Of a stretch of DNA of 64,000 nucleotides, positions 1 to 13,200 are shown one piece after another (the stretch's first letter is position 1; each line of letters begins with the position of its first letter). The stretch covers positions 62,001 through 126,000 of the forward strand of contig NW_026863267.1 in assembly GCF_026571515.1 (NCBI RefSeq), given 5' to 3'. A program made the translations under genes and the position numbers. The notes beneath the pieces are model-generated. The model had not been told where the DNA came from. It searched no databases and saw nothing but the letters and a program-made list of their open reading frames with translations. Source of the DNA: Ruditapes philippinarum (Eukaryota).

Positions 1-208
1 GTTTGTTGATATTTGTTCTCTTGTTTCTCTGACGGACCAAAAGTTTTGTTAATAAAACAATAACAAACAAAGTAATACATTGTATATCTTTAAAGTCATT
101 GGGCTTTATCTCTCATAACAAAAGAAAAGTGTAGGACATCTTTATTGCAATACATGTAATTTGCAAAGTTAATGAGATCCTTTAAAATTATTTTTATAAC
201 ATCCTTAG

Positions 209-1546
209 CTGTGGGTCAACCGTCTATCCTCAACGAGGAGCGTGTAGCTACGAATGGAAATACCGTAAACGATGATGAAGTAAAGACAAACGATGCCATC
301 GACACAGTCGAAACTGTCAATGTTGGAATCGGGAGGGATGTAAGCGAATATTTAACACCAGAGACCAATCAGTTAGAAATGCTAGAAGAAACTAAAGAGG
401 GTAAGATTTCCTATCTGGAAGAGTTATTTTACTTCTTATTCTCTGAGTGGCTGATAGGCTTATAATTCGATGGACTTGTTTAATTGCATTTTATTGGATA
501 CAAAGCTTAACAGATGCTGTTAAATCAGGCCTGCATGGTTGCACAAGTTGAAGTTTCTGTAAAATACCTTTCACTTAAACCAGTTGACTTCATGTTACAC
601 TTACAGTGTATAATTGAATATAAGAAGAATTGTCATTGGTCATTTTAAATTACAAACTAAAATATGGAAATCTAACTGGTCATTCAAAATAAAATATAAA
701 AGAAAAATTGCCTTTTTAAAAAAAAGATTTTAAGGATAGTTCTAAGTAAAATGTATAGGATACTTTTTTCCCCTATAAAATAAAATGTAAAGGATAGTTC
801 TAAAATAGAATGTACAGGATAGTTCTTTATCTTTCTAGTTAAAATGCTGAGATATTTAAGTTCTGTTTTTCTGTTGAAAATGTGTTAGAGTTAAATCGTA
901 TACATATACATGCACAGTGCGTTAACTGGAGTGCAGGTATTAGTTACCCGCACTCCAGAGCATGCCGATTCATTGGCTCACTTTTGCTGGGGTGGCAGAG
1001 ATAAATATCATATTCAGATGCTCATTCATTGGTTACTTTTTCTTGGGGTTTAATATTGTGACAACAGGAAACGTGTTTCTTACCATTGACTTTGATACAA
1101 AAGATTAATAATCAGATAGCCTTGTGTTTGGATGCTTTTTTATTACTTATGTCATTGTTATGCAGGCATTGCCAACATTTCATTTCGAAAACTTAGAAAT
1201 AACATATGCAAATTAAGCAGTTTTACTTTGGCCGAGTATCTTTTTATAGATAGTCCTTGTTTGTTGATATCTATTCTCTTGTTTCATAGAGGGGCTCAGG
1301 GGAAGGAGAATACAAATATAATTCTTAAACGTTTCTGATTGATTAAACGAAAATATTTTATTCATTTCAGGAGGTGCAGCACAAGAGGATGAACTTGTGT
1401 GCAAGATATGTTACATGGAGGAAATTTCAGTTGTGTTTCTTCCGTGTAGTCATATGCTTGCATGCGAAAGCTGTTCGAAGCTTCTCGAGCGTTGCGCTGT
1501 GTGTCGTGCCGTGATCAAGGCAATGCTAAAAGCCGAGATAAAGTAG
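209..1546 (+). CDS. IAP-type RING protein gene 1, 3' part only (last two exons 209-400 and 1371-1546; 5' exons lie upstream of the window)
   Basis: Acceptor ccttag|209, donor 400|gtaaga, acceptor tttcag|1371; both junctions phase 1. Last exon reads GGAAQEDELVCKICYMEEISVVFLPCSHMLACESCSKLLERCAVCRAVIKAMLKAEIK*, a C-terminal IAP-type C3HC4 RING. This exon is not in the ORF track. Confidence 0.85.
868..1153 (+). mobile_element. Non-autonomous Helentron-like repeat family R1, internally deleted copy in the last intron of IAP gene 1
   Basis: Homologous to 6649-6959, 29901-30190 and (reverse) 43491-43876. Contains the hairpin CTGGAGTGCAGGTA-ttagt-TACCCGCACTCCAG. Confidence 0.7.
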
Positions 1547-1727
1547 TCGTTTTGAAAAAATAAAACGACATGGAATTTAAACAAAAAATGGATCAATTTA
1601 TACATAAACTTTACTATCAGGTTGTTTTAGAAGATGTGATTTGTGTTTTAATGGAACTAACGATTTTCGGATAGCATCTTTGACTCGAGTACTTGTATTT
1701 ATTCATGTATATATATTAATTGTTTCA

Positions 1728-2020
1728 TACAGTAGGGGAAATCCGGATAAATACGGACGATTTTTGCACTTTGGTGTTCAATAACTTAGAGCAGAACGCA
1801 TAGCTTCGATCGACATACCAACACAAACTTATTTGTTCGGAAAACTATTTACACGGATATTTAGCATCTCATAAAGGCAGACATGTGTCCGAGATATTGC
1901 TAGTTATCAAAAATAAATTACCTCTTAAAACCGGGATAGTACGGACACAGTAGTAGAACTACGGACACAAGACGGGAAAATACGGACAATAAATATTTCA
2001 AAGGGGGAAGTACGGACACT
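1728..2020. mobile_element. One end of a probable Tc1/pogo-type DNA transposon with subterminal TACGGAC repeats
   Basis: Starts TACAGTAGGGGAAATCCGG; TACGGAC recurs five times (about 1754, 1940, 1960, 1981, 2011). No matching second TIR seen. Confidence 0.4.
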
Positions 2021-5000
2021 TATGTCTTTTTAAAAATAAGTCAATTCCACGCGTTTTAATACTCTATTGATCTATTCTAAACATGTACAAATGAGAAAAT
2101 CAACTTTGATGGAAATCTCCGCCTGCCCATTTCGTCGTTTTAATGCCCTGCAAGAACAACGTGAATGCATTAACATTTTATACATGAAATACATCAAGTA
2201 TGCTTTTTATATATTTTGGTCAATTTTATTAATACTTTTCAGTTAGTAATTTAGAAGTTGTTAGTATTCACATCATATGTATTGATTATTTTTAAGTAGA
2301 GAAATACGTAAGAAAGGAATAATTAAATATATAGTTTATGAATACTACAGTAAAATCTTTGAAAACCGGACCCTTTGAAAACCGATATTCTCTGAAAAAA
2401 GTATGGTAAACATATCATAAACGATCCTCTGAAAACTGGTCATCAATTTTAAATGGCGACTTTCTGTGTATGTAAATGTGAATAAAGATATACTTTAAAA
2501 AGGCGACATGTTCAATTACCAGTAATGGTCACCCGATATTAAACTATGCAGGCGAGAAAACACTTGTCAGTGTGTATGTGTTAATTTATTGACAAAAACA
2601 TTAAAGTCCTTTCATTATATTTATGTCTTCACCCGTGTAGGTATGATTTTTAAAATGTTTCAATTTGTTGGGTTTTTTTTATAGAAATAATTGGGAAACT
2701 TTAGTTAAATGATTCTTGTTTTTCTTAGAATTTTGATCTTGAAGCTATCTTTATTTGGACAATCATTTTATGTAAACAAAATGACAAAAATGCAGTTATT
2801 AAATATTTCAAAAGCCAATTAAAAGTTATATTTCAGACAATGTGTTGTACTTTTAATTTCAAATTTCTGATTTTTTCATGAATTTGCATAACAAAATTAC
2901 TCAAGACATGAGTAAATACAAATTGATTTAAACAAAGTCAATGTTCAAACACATCATAATTATCAGAGCAGAACAGAACAGAGTTTATTTCATAACATGT
3001 ACACACATAGGTACATTGTTATAACAAGCAATTTGAAATATAACTTTAGTTCACATATTTTACAATATAGGGAAAAACATAAAGAAAAAAATCAATACAA
3101 TACTGAGCAATGGGATATTTAATACATACAATGTAATACATCACATATACTGACAAAACTCCATTAATCAAATATATATTTATATCTATAAATTACGTCT
3201 GTAAATGAATAATGAAGAGCACTAAATTTAAGCGAAGAACAAACAATAACTTCACTTTTAATCGAATTAGTTGACAAAATATTTTCTCAATATGATATAA
3301 AGAACGTCACAGTATATATGATCAAAACAGCGTCATAATACTATTGAAGAGAAGATTTCTAGAGCTATCATTTCGTCTGATGTTTGCCTTTTTTTAAATA
3401 AGAACATAAGTTTGTAAGTACTTTATGGCTTTAAGATTGCAGTAATTCTGTAAATGTGGTCACACAAGGCCGAATGTAAAAATAACGCATAATATATTAG
3501 CTACGTAGATTTTCATAAGCACTGCATTTTAAAACAAACCCAATGTGAACACATTACTGACTTAACTTTGAAAAATAAAAATATTGTGACATTTCTTAGC
3601 AACGTAAGCGATTTAGGGCCACCAAAGCTCACTTGTTTTACCAAGTAGCTTTTAGTAGTACAATTTTAAATTTGGTGACCAATACTTTCTTTCATATATT
3701 TTTTCATGTTTTCTTAACATGTTTCATGTGTGAATCGATGACTGTGTTATTTGCAAAATGTTTATTTTGTTTAACTTAAGATCATTACATTGAATATTCC
3801 TAATAAAATACTAGCAAAAATATTAGTGTGAAATGTTTATTTCATTATCCCTTTAGCCTGTGATCACAAAAGGCAGTAATAACTCGTACATTACAATCAT
3901 ACCCGAACACACAACATCTTAAATATTTGATTAAAATGGTGTTGCGTTGAAAAAATGAAACAAAACAGCTGACTTATGAACGAATACATGGCTGTCTAAA
4001 CTCATACACACATGATTTTGTTCAATATGTTTCTTAAAATTTGCTTTAAACAGAAAATATCTCGTTCATGAAACATTTAACGTGTATTATACACAAAAAA
4101 AACAGCAATTGGTATCATATGATATACGAAACAAAACATGTATAAAGCTGGGTTTTTTTTTCTTCATAAAATCTTAGATCCAAATAAATGTTGACTTAAT
4201 AGGGTTTCTTAATGTTATTAAATATCAAACCGTGAAATCAGTATAAGATGGTTAATATTAAATGAGTGAAGATCAAGTTGTAAATCGATATCACGTTATC
4301 CTTCAATGACACTTGAAAAAGTAAAGTTGATATTTGTAAGATTGCCACATTTCGATGACTGGTTGAATTCCTCAAATAATGGGTTTCCGAACACGTCAGT
4401 CTTAAATAATGCTCAGGCCATATAGTTAAAAATACAAACAATTCAGTGTTGGGAATCCGTGCGTTTTTAAAATATATATCCGTACATTGAGGGATGTTCT
4501 CAATGTTCAGTAATGAAGAAATCTTGTCTACTACGTATTTAAAGGGGTATATCTATAGTTCGAAATTGAATTCACTAACCCGCGTGTTATATAAAGGATT
4601 TTCAAACAAACAAATACCCTCTATGCAAATTCACAATAAATTGTGATTTACTTGCGGAAATTCCGTTAAACCTGTATGCCTCAGATCAAGAAAAATTGAG
4701 AAATAAATTACTATTTAAGAAATAATTGACATTTTTATTTGCAAATAATGACTGGTTTTTCAGTATTTATCACCATGTTTCTTCAATGTGACTAACGCAG
4801 TAAAGGCTGTGTTTGCATATTTGTGCCATTTATAGTAATTCATTAAAAAAAATTGCCAGTTTTTAAATGATAATTTTAAAAGGTAATATATGCATGTATT
4901 ATCTGTGTTTATCTTTATCTAAATTTAAAAGAGATTATAGTGAAATAAATCATTTCATAAAAATAAAATTTCGAACAAAGCAATGCACAACATTTCTAAT

Positions 5001-5230
5001 TCATGCGTCAGCCGTTATATTTTTGGACTCAAAATACCTTGATGACCAAATCAGTTTTTACAGTTGCGATGAAGCAATCCCTTCTTCGAAACATTTGTAA
5101 ATTTCAAGAGTACACTTTTGCACATACATAATACATGTATGTATATATACATTTATTTATCTTACTTTTGAGAAGCCCTTGAAAATTGGGATCCCAAAAA
5201 ATAGAATCGAAGAGGAAACAATAAAACAAG

Positions 5231-8200
5231 ATGTCGGATACTGACATTGAGTTAGTTTTATTTGTAATTATTACTTTGATCATTGACGAGTTCCTGTGGC
5301 GATTTCTTTGGTTGTGTCTGAAAATTGTGAAATGCAAATTGCTGAGAGCGATACATTTCGTGACTGGAAAACTACGGCAGAACAAGACAAAATTAGGAAT
5401 ACTTCTACAAAGTTATAGCACAGCAATCGGTTTCCTCGTAGGCAAACGCTTCAGTAAAACTGTTAGTGACATAGACGAAGATGATAAAATGAAAAATGAA
5501 TGTGTTAGGTTTAAAACCTATAAAGGAGTTCCAGATGATTCACCGATGTCGACAGATAACGGAATTCCAGCAGTAAAGGTAAAGAATGGTCGATATTCGT
5601 CAACGGGTTCCTCTGCGACAAATAATGAAAAAACTGAGCACAGAACTCACAGAAATATGAGTGCTCAAACGGTTACAGATAAAGAACGCGGTGCATCTAA
5701 TAAAAGTACAATGGATGCACAAACATCTTATGGTAGAAGGACGAATAAAGAAAATTGTTTTGCACAATCAAACGATCCAAAAACAAGTAAACGGAACGTA
5801 AATCACACTGACAACAAGCCAAATATGACTAAGGTCAATCAAAAAGTCACGTGTAGAAAAGCTGGATTTGAAAGTGCAGCAGAAGACATGCTTCCGAAAG
5901 CCAAAGAAAAATATATAACTATTGAAGCACGACTGAATTCGTTTGCCAAATGGCCTAAAAGAAAGACAATAGATCCAGGACAATTGGCTAGTGCTGGACT
6001 GTATTATACAGGTAAACAATCATAATAATTATTTGTTCAAAACAAATTGAAGTGATTTATATCGAAACTTTATATTAATTTAGAAGGCAGTTCTTTGCTG
6101 CTACTCGCCATGATGCATTGGTGGCCATTGATATCGATCTGTCGGTCAATCCGTTTCCGGTCAATAACTTGAGACATAAGCTTATAACTCTATAACTTCA
6201 AAGGTGCATTGGTCTTGGGAAGAAGATGACCCCTATACATTTTGGGGTCAAGGGCTCAACAGATAGTGTAACATTGAACAAGTATTAGTTTGAGACCAAT
6301 GACTAAACAATTAAAGGGCCTTCAGTCCTCAAAGGTTCATTGATATTGGCCAGTAGATGACCTACTATTAATTTCGGGCTTACATGGTCAAAGTTTAAGT
6401 TCACATTGACCTTGTATTCCGAAAAGGTTTCATTTGATGACCTTTTCTGATTTTGGCAGTCAACAAAGTATCTCTTTTCCAGACCGTACCTTTAGTTGTT
6501 TCATTTAGTGAAATGAGATCCAGGCTCTCCACCTCGTCCGCGGGACACCTAAATAAATGCTGTTAAATATAAAATGTCCTTCTTTGAAGAGACGTCAATA
6601 TCAATATGCTTAAAATTTAACCTCTATGTTTTTCGTAGCTATAAGAAATTATTGCATCATAGTTTGGGGACCTTTCTGTTGAAAATGTGTTAGAGTGAAA
6701 TCGTATACATATACATGCACAGTGCGTTAACTGGTGTGCAGGTATTAGTTACCCGCACTCCAGAGCATCCCGATTGATTGGCTCACTTTTGCTGGGGTGG
6801 CAGAGATAAATATCATATTCAGATGCTCATTCATTGGTTACTTTTTCTTGGGGTTTGATATTGTGACAACAGGGAACGTGTTTCTTATTTTTGAATATGA
6901 TGCAAAAGATTAATAATCAGATAGCCTCGTGTTTCGATGCTTTTTCTATTACTTATGTCGTCAAAGAAAAATATATAACTATTGAAGCACGACTGAATTC
7001 GTTTGCCAAATGGCCTAAAAGAAAGACAATAGATCCAGGACAATTGGCTGATGCTGGACTGTATTATACAGGTAAACAACCGTAATAATTTATTTGTTAA
7101 AAACGAATAGAAGTGATACATATAGAAACTTTATATTATTTAGAAGGCAGTTCTTTGCTGCTACTCGCCATGATGCATTGGTGGCCATTGATATCGATCT
7201 GTCGGTCATTCCGTTTCCGGTCAATAACTTGAGAACGCATAAGCTTATAACTCTATAACTTCAAAGGTGCATTGGTCTTGGGAAGAAGATGACCCCTATA
7301 CATTTTGGGGTCAAGGGCTCAACAGATAGTGTAACATTGAACAAGTATTAGTTTGAGACCAATGACTAAACAATTAAAGGGCCTTCAGTCCTCAAAGGTT
7401 CATTGATATTGGCCAGTAGATGACCTACTATTAATTTCGGGCTTACATGGTCAAAGTTTAAGTTCACATTGACCTTGTATTCCGAAAAGGTTTCATTTGA
7501 TGACCTTTTCTGATTTTGGCAGTCAGGGCTTAAAAATTTAGGTCATATTGACCTTGTATGTCAAAACGGTTTCCGACCAATAACGTGACAACCAAAAAAA
7601 GTCTTTTCAGGGTCAAAGTTCAAACTCACATTAACCCTATACGTCAAAACAGTTACCGACCAGTTTCTTACACTGATGGGCCTTAAGCATAAGTCTTGGG
7701 TAGTAATTGACCTAATTGTTTTTTGAGTGACAGGGTTAATGTCACATTTACAGGTTGCAGGTATTACAAACGTGTCTTGTTAAAAGTGGATCGCTCGAAA
7801 AACTGTATCAAGTATTTTTTCGTCGAATAATTACATTTATGCTCCTTCATTTACAAAATACTATGACTTTCAGCTTGCTTTGGTGATGTCGTTGGTAATT
7901 CAATTTAGTTACTTTGAACCCAAACATGTTTTACAAACGTCTTTTGTAAAAACACCTTTTTATCATAGGTTACAGGGACATTGTTGCCTGCTTTGCTTGT
8001 AATGTTCAGTTACGTGACTGGGAACAGGAAGACGATCCCTACATAGTGCATGCTCGGTGGTTCCCGCATTGTCCGAATCTACTACATAAAAAAGGATCTG
8101 TGTTCATAGAGAGAAACCAGGTAGTTTATATAAAACACTTCATAAAAGGGCAAATTATTTTAGTATATCTTTCATGTTTTAAGCCAGCATCTTCTTAGGT

Positions 8201-9208
8201 CCGTACATTTTTTTACTTACTTCAGCTAAGTCTCATTGTTAAAAATATTACGAAATATGTATAATTTAGTACAAGAAGGGTAATATTATCATCTGTGTAG
8301 ATATTTGTTTTGAAAGATTTTTGGAAGATGTTTACTGCAACGACTTGACCAAAATAAAAAAAAACAAAAAACAAAAACACAAAACAAAAAAACAAAACGA
8401 TTTCATATATAGATATTATCCTTCCAGATCGTTCGCCCCAAAATCGCACAAGTGAAAACAATGAATAGAGGGGTATACACTTCGAGCACTCTAGGTAAGT
8501 GATGAACGTTACCGTATTAATTATGATGGCAAGTAATTGAATGCCCCACTTATACATGTATATATGAATATTTAAGGGGAAAACAGACTTCTCTGAATGT
8601 AAAGGCTCAATCATACCGAGTCTGCAATTTTCATGCAGTTTTGTTATGATTAATGCGTCCGAGGGATTACACTTTATCTAGATTTTTTTTTCACAAAATT
8701 TATACTTATTATACTAAACCAATAGTGGAAATGTACTGAATAAATTTAATTATGTGTTGTGTTCATAGTCTGTATGACACATCCTTCATGAAAAAATATG
8801 GTATACACTTTCACTTATACATTGATCGTGCTTCGTCATGATTCAAACAAAGATTTTTGACTTTCATGGGGGAAAATGTTTAAAATAGGCTTTTGATTTG
8901 TTTGGTGAAATTTGAGCGTGTTTCTTTTCAGAGATATTTTATTTCATTTTTTTGTTCATGATTCAGAACACAGACAGTCTTTGGTGGGCCATAAAAACAA
9001 TGGAACAGGACGTGGAGCAATCCAACAGAATGGAACCAATGAGTGCAGTGAAAGAGTACTTTGTAAGCTCTGCAAGATTGCCAAACGTAACATGTTGTTT
9101 GTTCCTTGTGGACATGTGGTTGTATGTGAAACTTGTGCTTCCATTTTACCTTCATGTTTGGTATGCAACGCGGAGATCTCTTACACCATAAAAACCTACA
9201 TACATTAA
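5231..9208 (+). CDS. Inhibitor-of-apoptosis protein (single BIR + C-terminal RING), 413 aa; exons 5231-6011, 7969-8120, 8428-8494, 8967-9208
   Basis: Exon lengths 781+152+67+242=1242 nt, intron phases 1,0,1, all GT-AG. BIR reads EARLNSFAKWP...LASAGLYYTG|YRDIVACFACNVQLRDWEQEDDPYIVHARWFPHC (Cx2Cx16Hx6C). RING reads CKLCKIAKRNMLFVPCGHVVVCETCASILPSCLVC...TIKTYIH*. In-frame TAA at 5222 precedes the ATG. Confidence 0.9.
6649..6959 (+). mobile_element. Repeat family R1 copy (internally deleted) abutting the duplicated BIR half-exon
   Basis: Aligns to 868-1153 and to the reverse complement of 43491-43876. Confidence 0.75.
6962..7525 (+). repeat. Near-identical local duplicate of 5902-6462 (BIR-coding end of IAP exon 1, its splice donor and the start of intron 1)
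   Basis: Direct alignment caaagaaaaatatataact...ttttggcagtca with few substitutions; second donor G|gtaaac at 7071/7072. Confidence 0.95.
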
Positions 9209-10104
9209 TTAAGGAAGGGAAACAAAATACCTTAAACTCTGTAAATATATTTCACAACTTGTGAGTTTGAATAACAATTGGTTGTATTTTTTTATGAAAT
9301 AGATTAATATATAATTTATATGATGTTTTGAAGAACTTTTGTATACATTGATACAATGTACTTACAATTAATATCAGACTTTGTATAAGTCTTACTTTTA
9401 CTATTCGTTGAAGATAATGTTTGAATTCTGATATTCACCAACTCATGAATATTTTGCTCACTTGTTGTAATAATTGGAAATCATCATCCCAAGTTAGTGG
9501 TATTTATTATTATTTAGCTCCCTTTTCAAAAGTGGTCATTTAAGAGTGATTACCTGATTGATATATATATATATGACAAATATGAAATAAAGTAGAGTAA
9601 ACAGATGTTGTTGGTGATCTGTCAAATTATTTTACACGTGTAAAGTTAAGGATTGTTGAAGTTTTAGAAATTATATTTTGTCCATTGAAATTGCTCTATT
9701 TTTCAAATTTCCTCGTCACATACTCTAACTTGTCATATAATAATACGTATTATTAAGTCAGCACAAAATTTTATCTTATTAGCGCATGTGCGAAATGTGT
9801 GGTGGAAAACAGTTACCACACTGTAACGGCACAGGAAGTTTTGTCAGAACAGAACAGACCAAACAGTTTATTCAAGACTTGTACAATAAATACAAGTTTA
9901 GTACATAAAAAGTCACAATAAAAAATAAGCACATTTTCACAAATTCATATTTTGAGAGGATGGCCTCTATTTAATTACAAGTAAAAGTAGTTCTTAATGA
10001 AAGTGCAAGTTTTGTATAATAAGCTAGTTTTTTTTCCAGAAGAATTTCACTTATATTGTATATAGTTTATTTTAGTTCAATTGTGTTGGAAGCCTGAGTT
10101 AATT

Positions 10105-10250
10105 GAAACCCTCTGGAACGGTTCCTGGAATCAACCAGTACCAAGCAATGAGTGTACAGTTTCTTGCTCAAGAAATTAGTGTTTAAACTAACGCGGCCAA
10201 CACTACTAGATCACTAATCTGACGCGTTAACCTCTCGGCCACGGCGCCAC
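10105..10250 (-). mobile_element. Decayed tRNA-derived SINE with a CORE-like central domain
   Basis: Minus strand reads GGCGCCGTGGCCGAGAGGTTAACGCG (A-box-like), then TTGAGCAAGAAACT...CATTGCTTGGTACTGGTTGATTCCAGGAAC, resembling mollusc CORE-SINE bodies. Recognised from memory, not by search. Confidence 0.5.
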
Positions 10251-13200
10251 TCCACATATTTTTTGTATTTAACGATTCAACAAGTTGACTTCGGTCCCAA
10301 ACCCCAACATAAAATTGGTCTAGCAAAGAGACAAATGGCTCTCACAGTAACTTTTGCTTGAGCTTTTATTTACAACACCTGATCAGTAACACATATAAAG
10401 CTTTCAAAGCTCTACCAACACGCTGTTTCTGGTTTAATGCAAAATTATAAGTATAATTAAAAACTACCTAGTTAATTTTAGCCGTTTTCAACTTCAAGGC
10501 GTAAGTCATTACACAAATATTTCTCTTATGACAACAAAGTATCTCTTTTCCAGACCGTACCTTTAGTTGTTTCATTCAGTGAAATGAGATCCAGGCTCTC
10601 CACCTCGTCCGCGCTCCTTCGTCTTTGGTACGTGTTTGCTTCACTTCCTCCGAAATAAATGTTCGTGAATAAAGTATAAAGTACTTTTAAGAGCCCAAAC
10701 AGCTCTCCTTAATAGCTCGCGCTCCTTACATAAGCTGAATTTGGCTACAATTAAACGATTTTCATTGTATTTCGTTGTTTTGATTATTTCAGGCATCACC
10801 CTTTTGACAGATATTTACACAGCACAACGGAAGGCTTCAAGTGCCGTAATGCAGACGTAAAATGTTGGCCCATACTGCACTTCAGTGTTGTAATTTTTTC
10901 TGATTATCCGAGATTATTGATTTTAAAACACGAAGTGTTGAAAATTGAGCACCGCTCAAGCCTGTGCTAAAGGGGATTAAAGGATGTTTTACATTTCCAT
11001 TATTTCTCATGTTTAGTTTTAATCAAACTGGGTCTGCAATCTTCATTTTGTAATGCTTCACCAAATTTCCAGATCTTTTTACCAGTTCGGTTCTTGACCA
11101 TTCTGTGTATTCGTTTCAACTTTATTTCCCTAACTAACTATCTAGCTAATCTTATTTCACTGACTTAGACAATTTCTATTTCCCCTTGAGAGGCCTCCTC
11201 TATATTGTCGTATAACATATGTTGTTACGCAAGGATTTGGATTGTACATAATGAAGTCCATCATTCAGCTACTTATTTTTTACTTCGAATCCTGTATATA
11301 TGATAATACAATACTAAAAGGCTGCAATACTACCCTTTACCCTACAGTACTAATTCTATTGCCGGTCTGAATGTTATCATTATGATAAAGAGTCTGTAGC
11401 TTCGACATTTCCTTTTCTTCGACCTGTAGCGACTTTTAAGACCCTAATTACATCTCAATAGTAAACAAACAATTATCTATTTTCTCCAAGATTTTCATTA
11501 AATTTGCATTTGAAGGAGATTTATTTGTCGATATATACGTATTTACAGGAATAGAATCACTATAGTGTATGATTAATGAGTCACATCTGACACATCTGGA
11601 TCATCGGAAAGCCTATTAAAGTTTAAGATTCAAATAGGACCGATTTATTTTAGAATTCAAGTGGTCGCGTAAATTGTCCAAATTTGCTTCAAACAATAAT
11701 TCATAGAACTGTCACTTGTTTTTTTTTTCTTCTTCAAAGTCATATTTTCATTAAGACTGGTCATGTCATTTCAATAACATCATTTACATATTTATTTCAT
11801 TGAAAAAAATAGCACCGATTTCTAGCTTGTAGTCACTTCAGTTTAAACAAAATCTATCAACTCCTTTGTTTACTTTCCATTGTGTCCAAATAGCTATGTG
11901 CATCTTTTGGTGAGTGTTTGCATAAGGAGAAAAAAGATATAGTCAAATTCTGGAAAAAGGCCATATATTTATAGAGGACTTTTAGAGATTTTAAGGTATG
12001 CATGTCAAATTTCTTACAACTTAGGATTCCGCCATTTTGGCTGCTTTATCTGAATGCAAAAGAAATGGAAAATGCGTACTTTTACAAGACTAAATCGTTA
12101 ATATTTGAAAAGTGATAAAAAAAAATAGTTTTGGATATTTTATAGATAATTTATGTATTAAATGATAAAAAGTCAGGTTCCTGCAATAACAGAAATTTTT
12201 TTGGAATAAAAATATACCTCATGTTGAAACGAAGCAATTAAGGCTTTTTTCTTTATAGTCAAATATCTAAATTTCGAAAACCATTATTCCCAACTAATTG
12301 TTATCTGACAATTTATTTACACAATTTGTAACATCTATGATAAGCTGCTCATCCACTTGATTTTGACGGCTGGGTATCTGTGTGGGTAAATTATGCATAA
12401 TATTCATGGACTCAGAAAGTTGGAAACTGATAAAGGTTGACGAATCACTCACAATTTTTCGTGTCGGATTCCAATGCACTTCTTATACTTTTCAGAATAA
12501 GAAATGTTTCCTTTTCATATACTACACTCTCTTCGCAGCTCACTGAATACGCTCACGTTACTTAAAGTGAGCGATAGTGGAACAAATTGACCGATGCGCA
12601 GGAGAGTATTCATATATATGTATGTGAAAGGCATTGCTGCGGCGTTGGCTCATCGTAGGAAACGTGTTACAGTTTCGCGTTTTCAGGTTACAGTATAAAA
12701 TTTTCAAGATGGAGGATAATTTATGGGACAAGAAGTAGGTGATTTTTTATTCAGGACCATGCTTCAAGTAGTTTAGTTTCTAAAGGATGTTTTTGTGCTT
12801 TGCTTGTAAGGAACAGAGTCCGGTATCTAATCATATATTTCTTCAGACCCTGCACCGTAGATTTATCTCTATATTGTCTCATAAATATGCAGATTTGACA
12901 GTTTGAAAATTTGAATCGAGAGACCAACGCATTTTTCTCCCATTCCGACATTATTTATGCATGCCTAGAAAAGTAAATCTGCAAAACGTTAGTCCTTTAT
13001 GTAAGGAAACGTTTATAAAAATAATCTGTTGAACCTATTTTCCTGTTCGTTAAATGCGTTTGAAAAAATAATGTTACAGTATAGAGCGAGGTGAATTTTG
13101 CAGGGTTTCAGCATAGACCTAGCGACTTTGATCCAATTTTGTTACAGTTTATATCCAAATTTCGGTTACAGTTTAGATACTTGCCAAATTTCAAACAAAG

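Noticed and set aside
4450-4665. kappaB-like motifs (GGGAATCC, GGAAATTCC) upstream of the IAP gene
   Set aside because: Short imperfect matches expected by chance, and the transcription start is unknown.
10555-10680. Possible minus-strand exon ending ...LDLISLNETTK|gtacgg
   Set aside because: No convincing acceptor, partner exons or domain.
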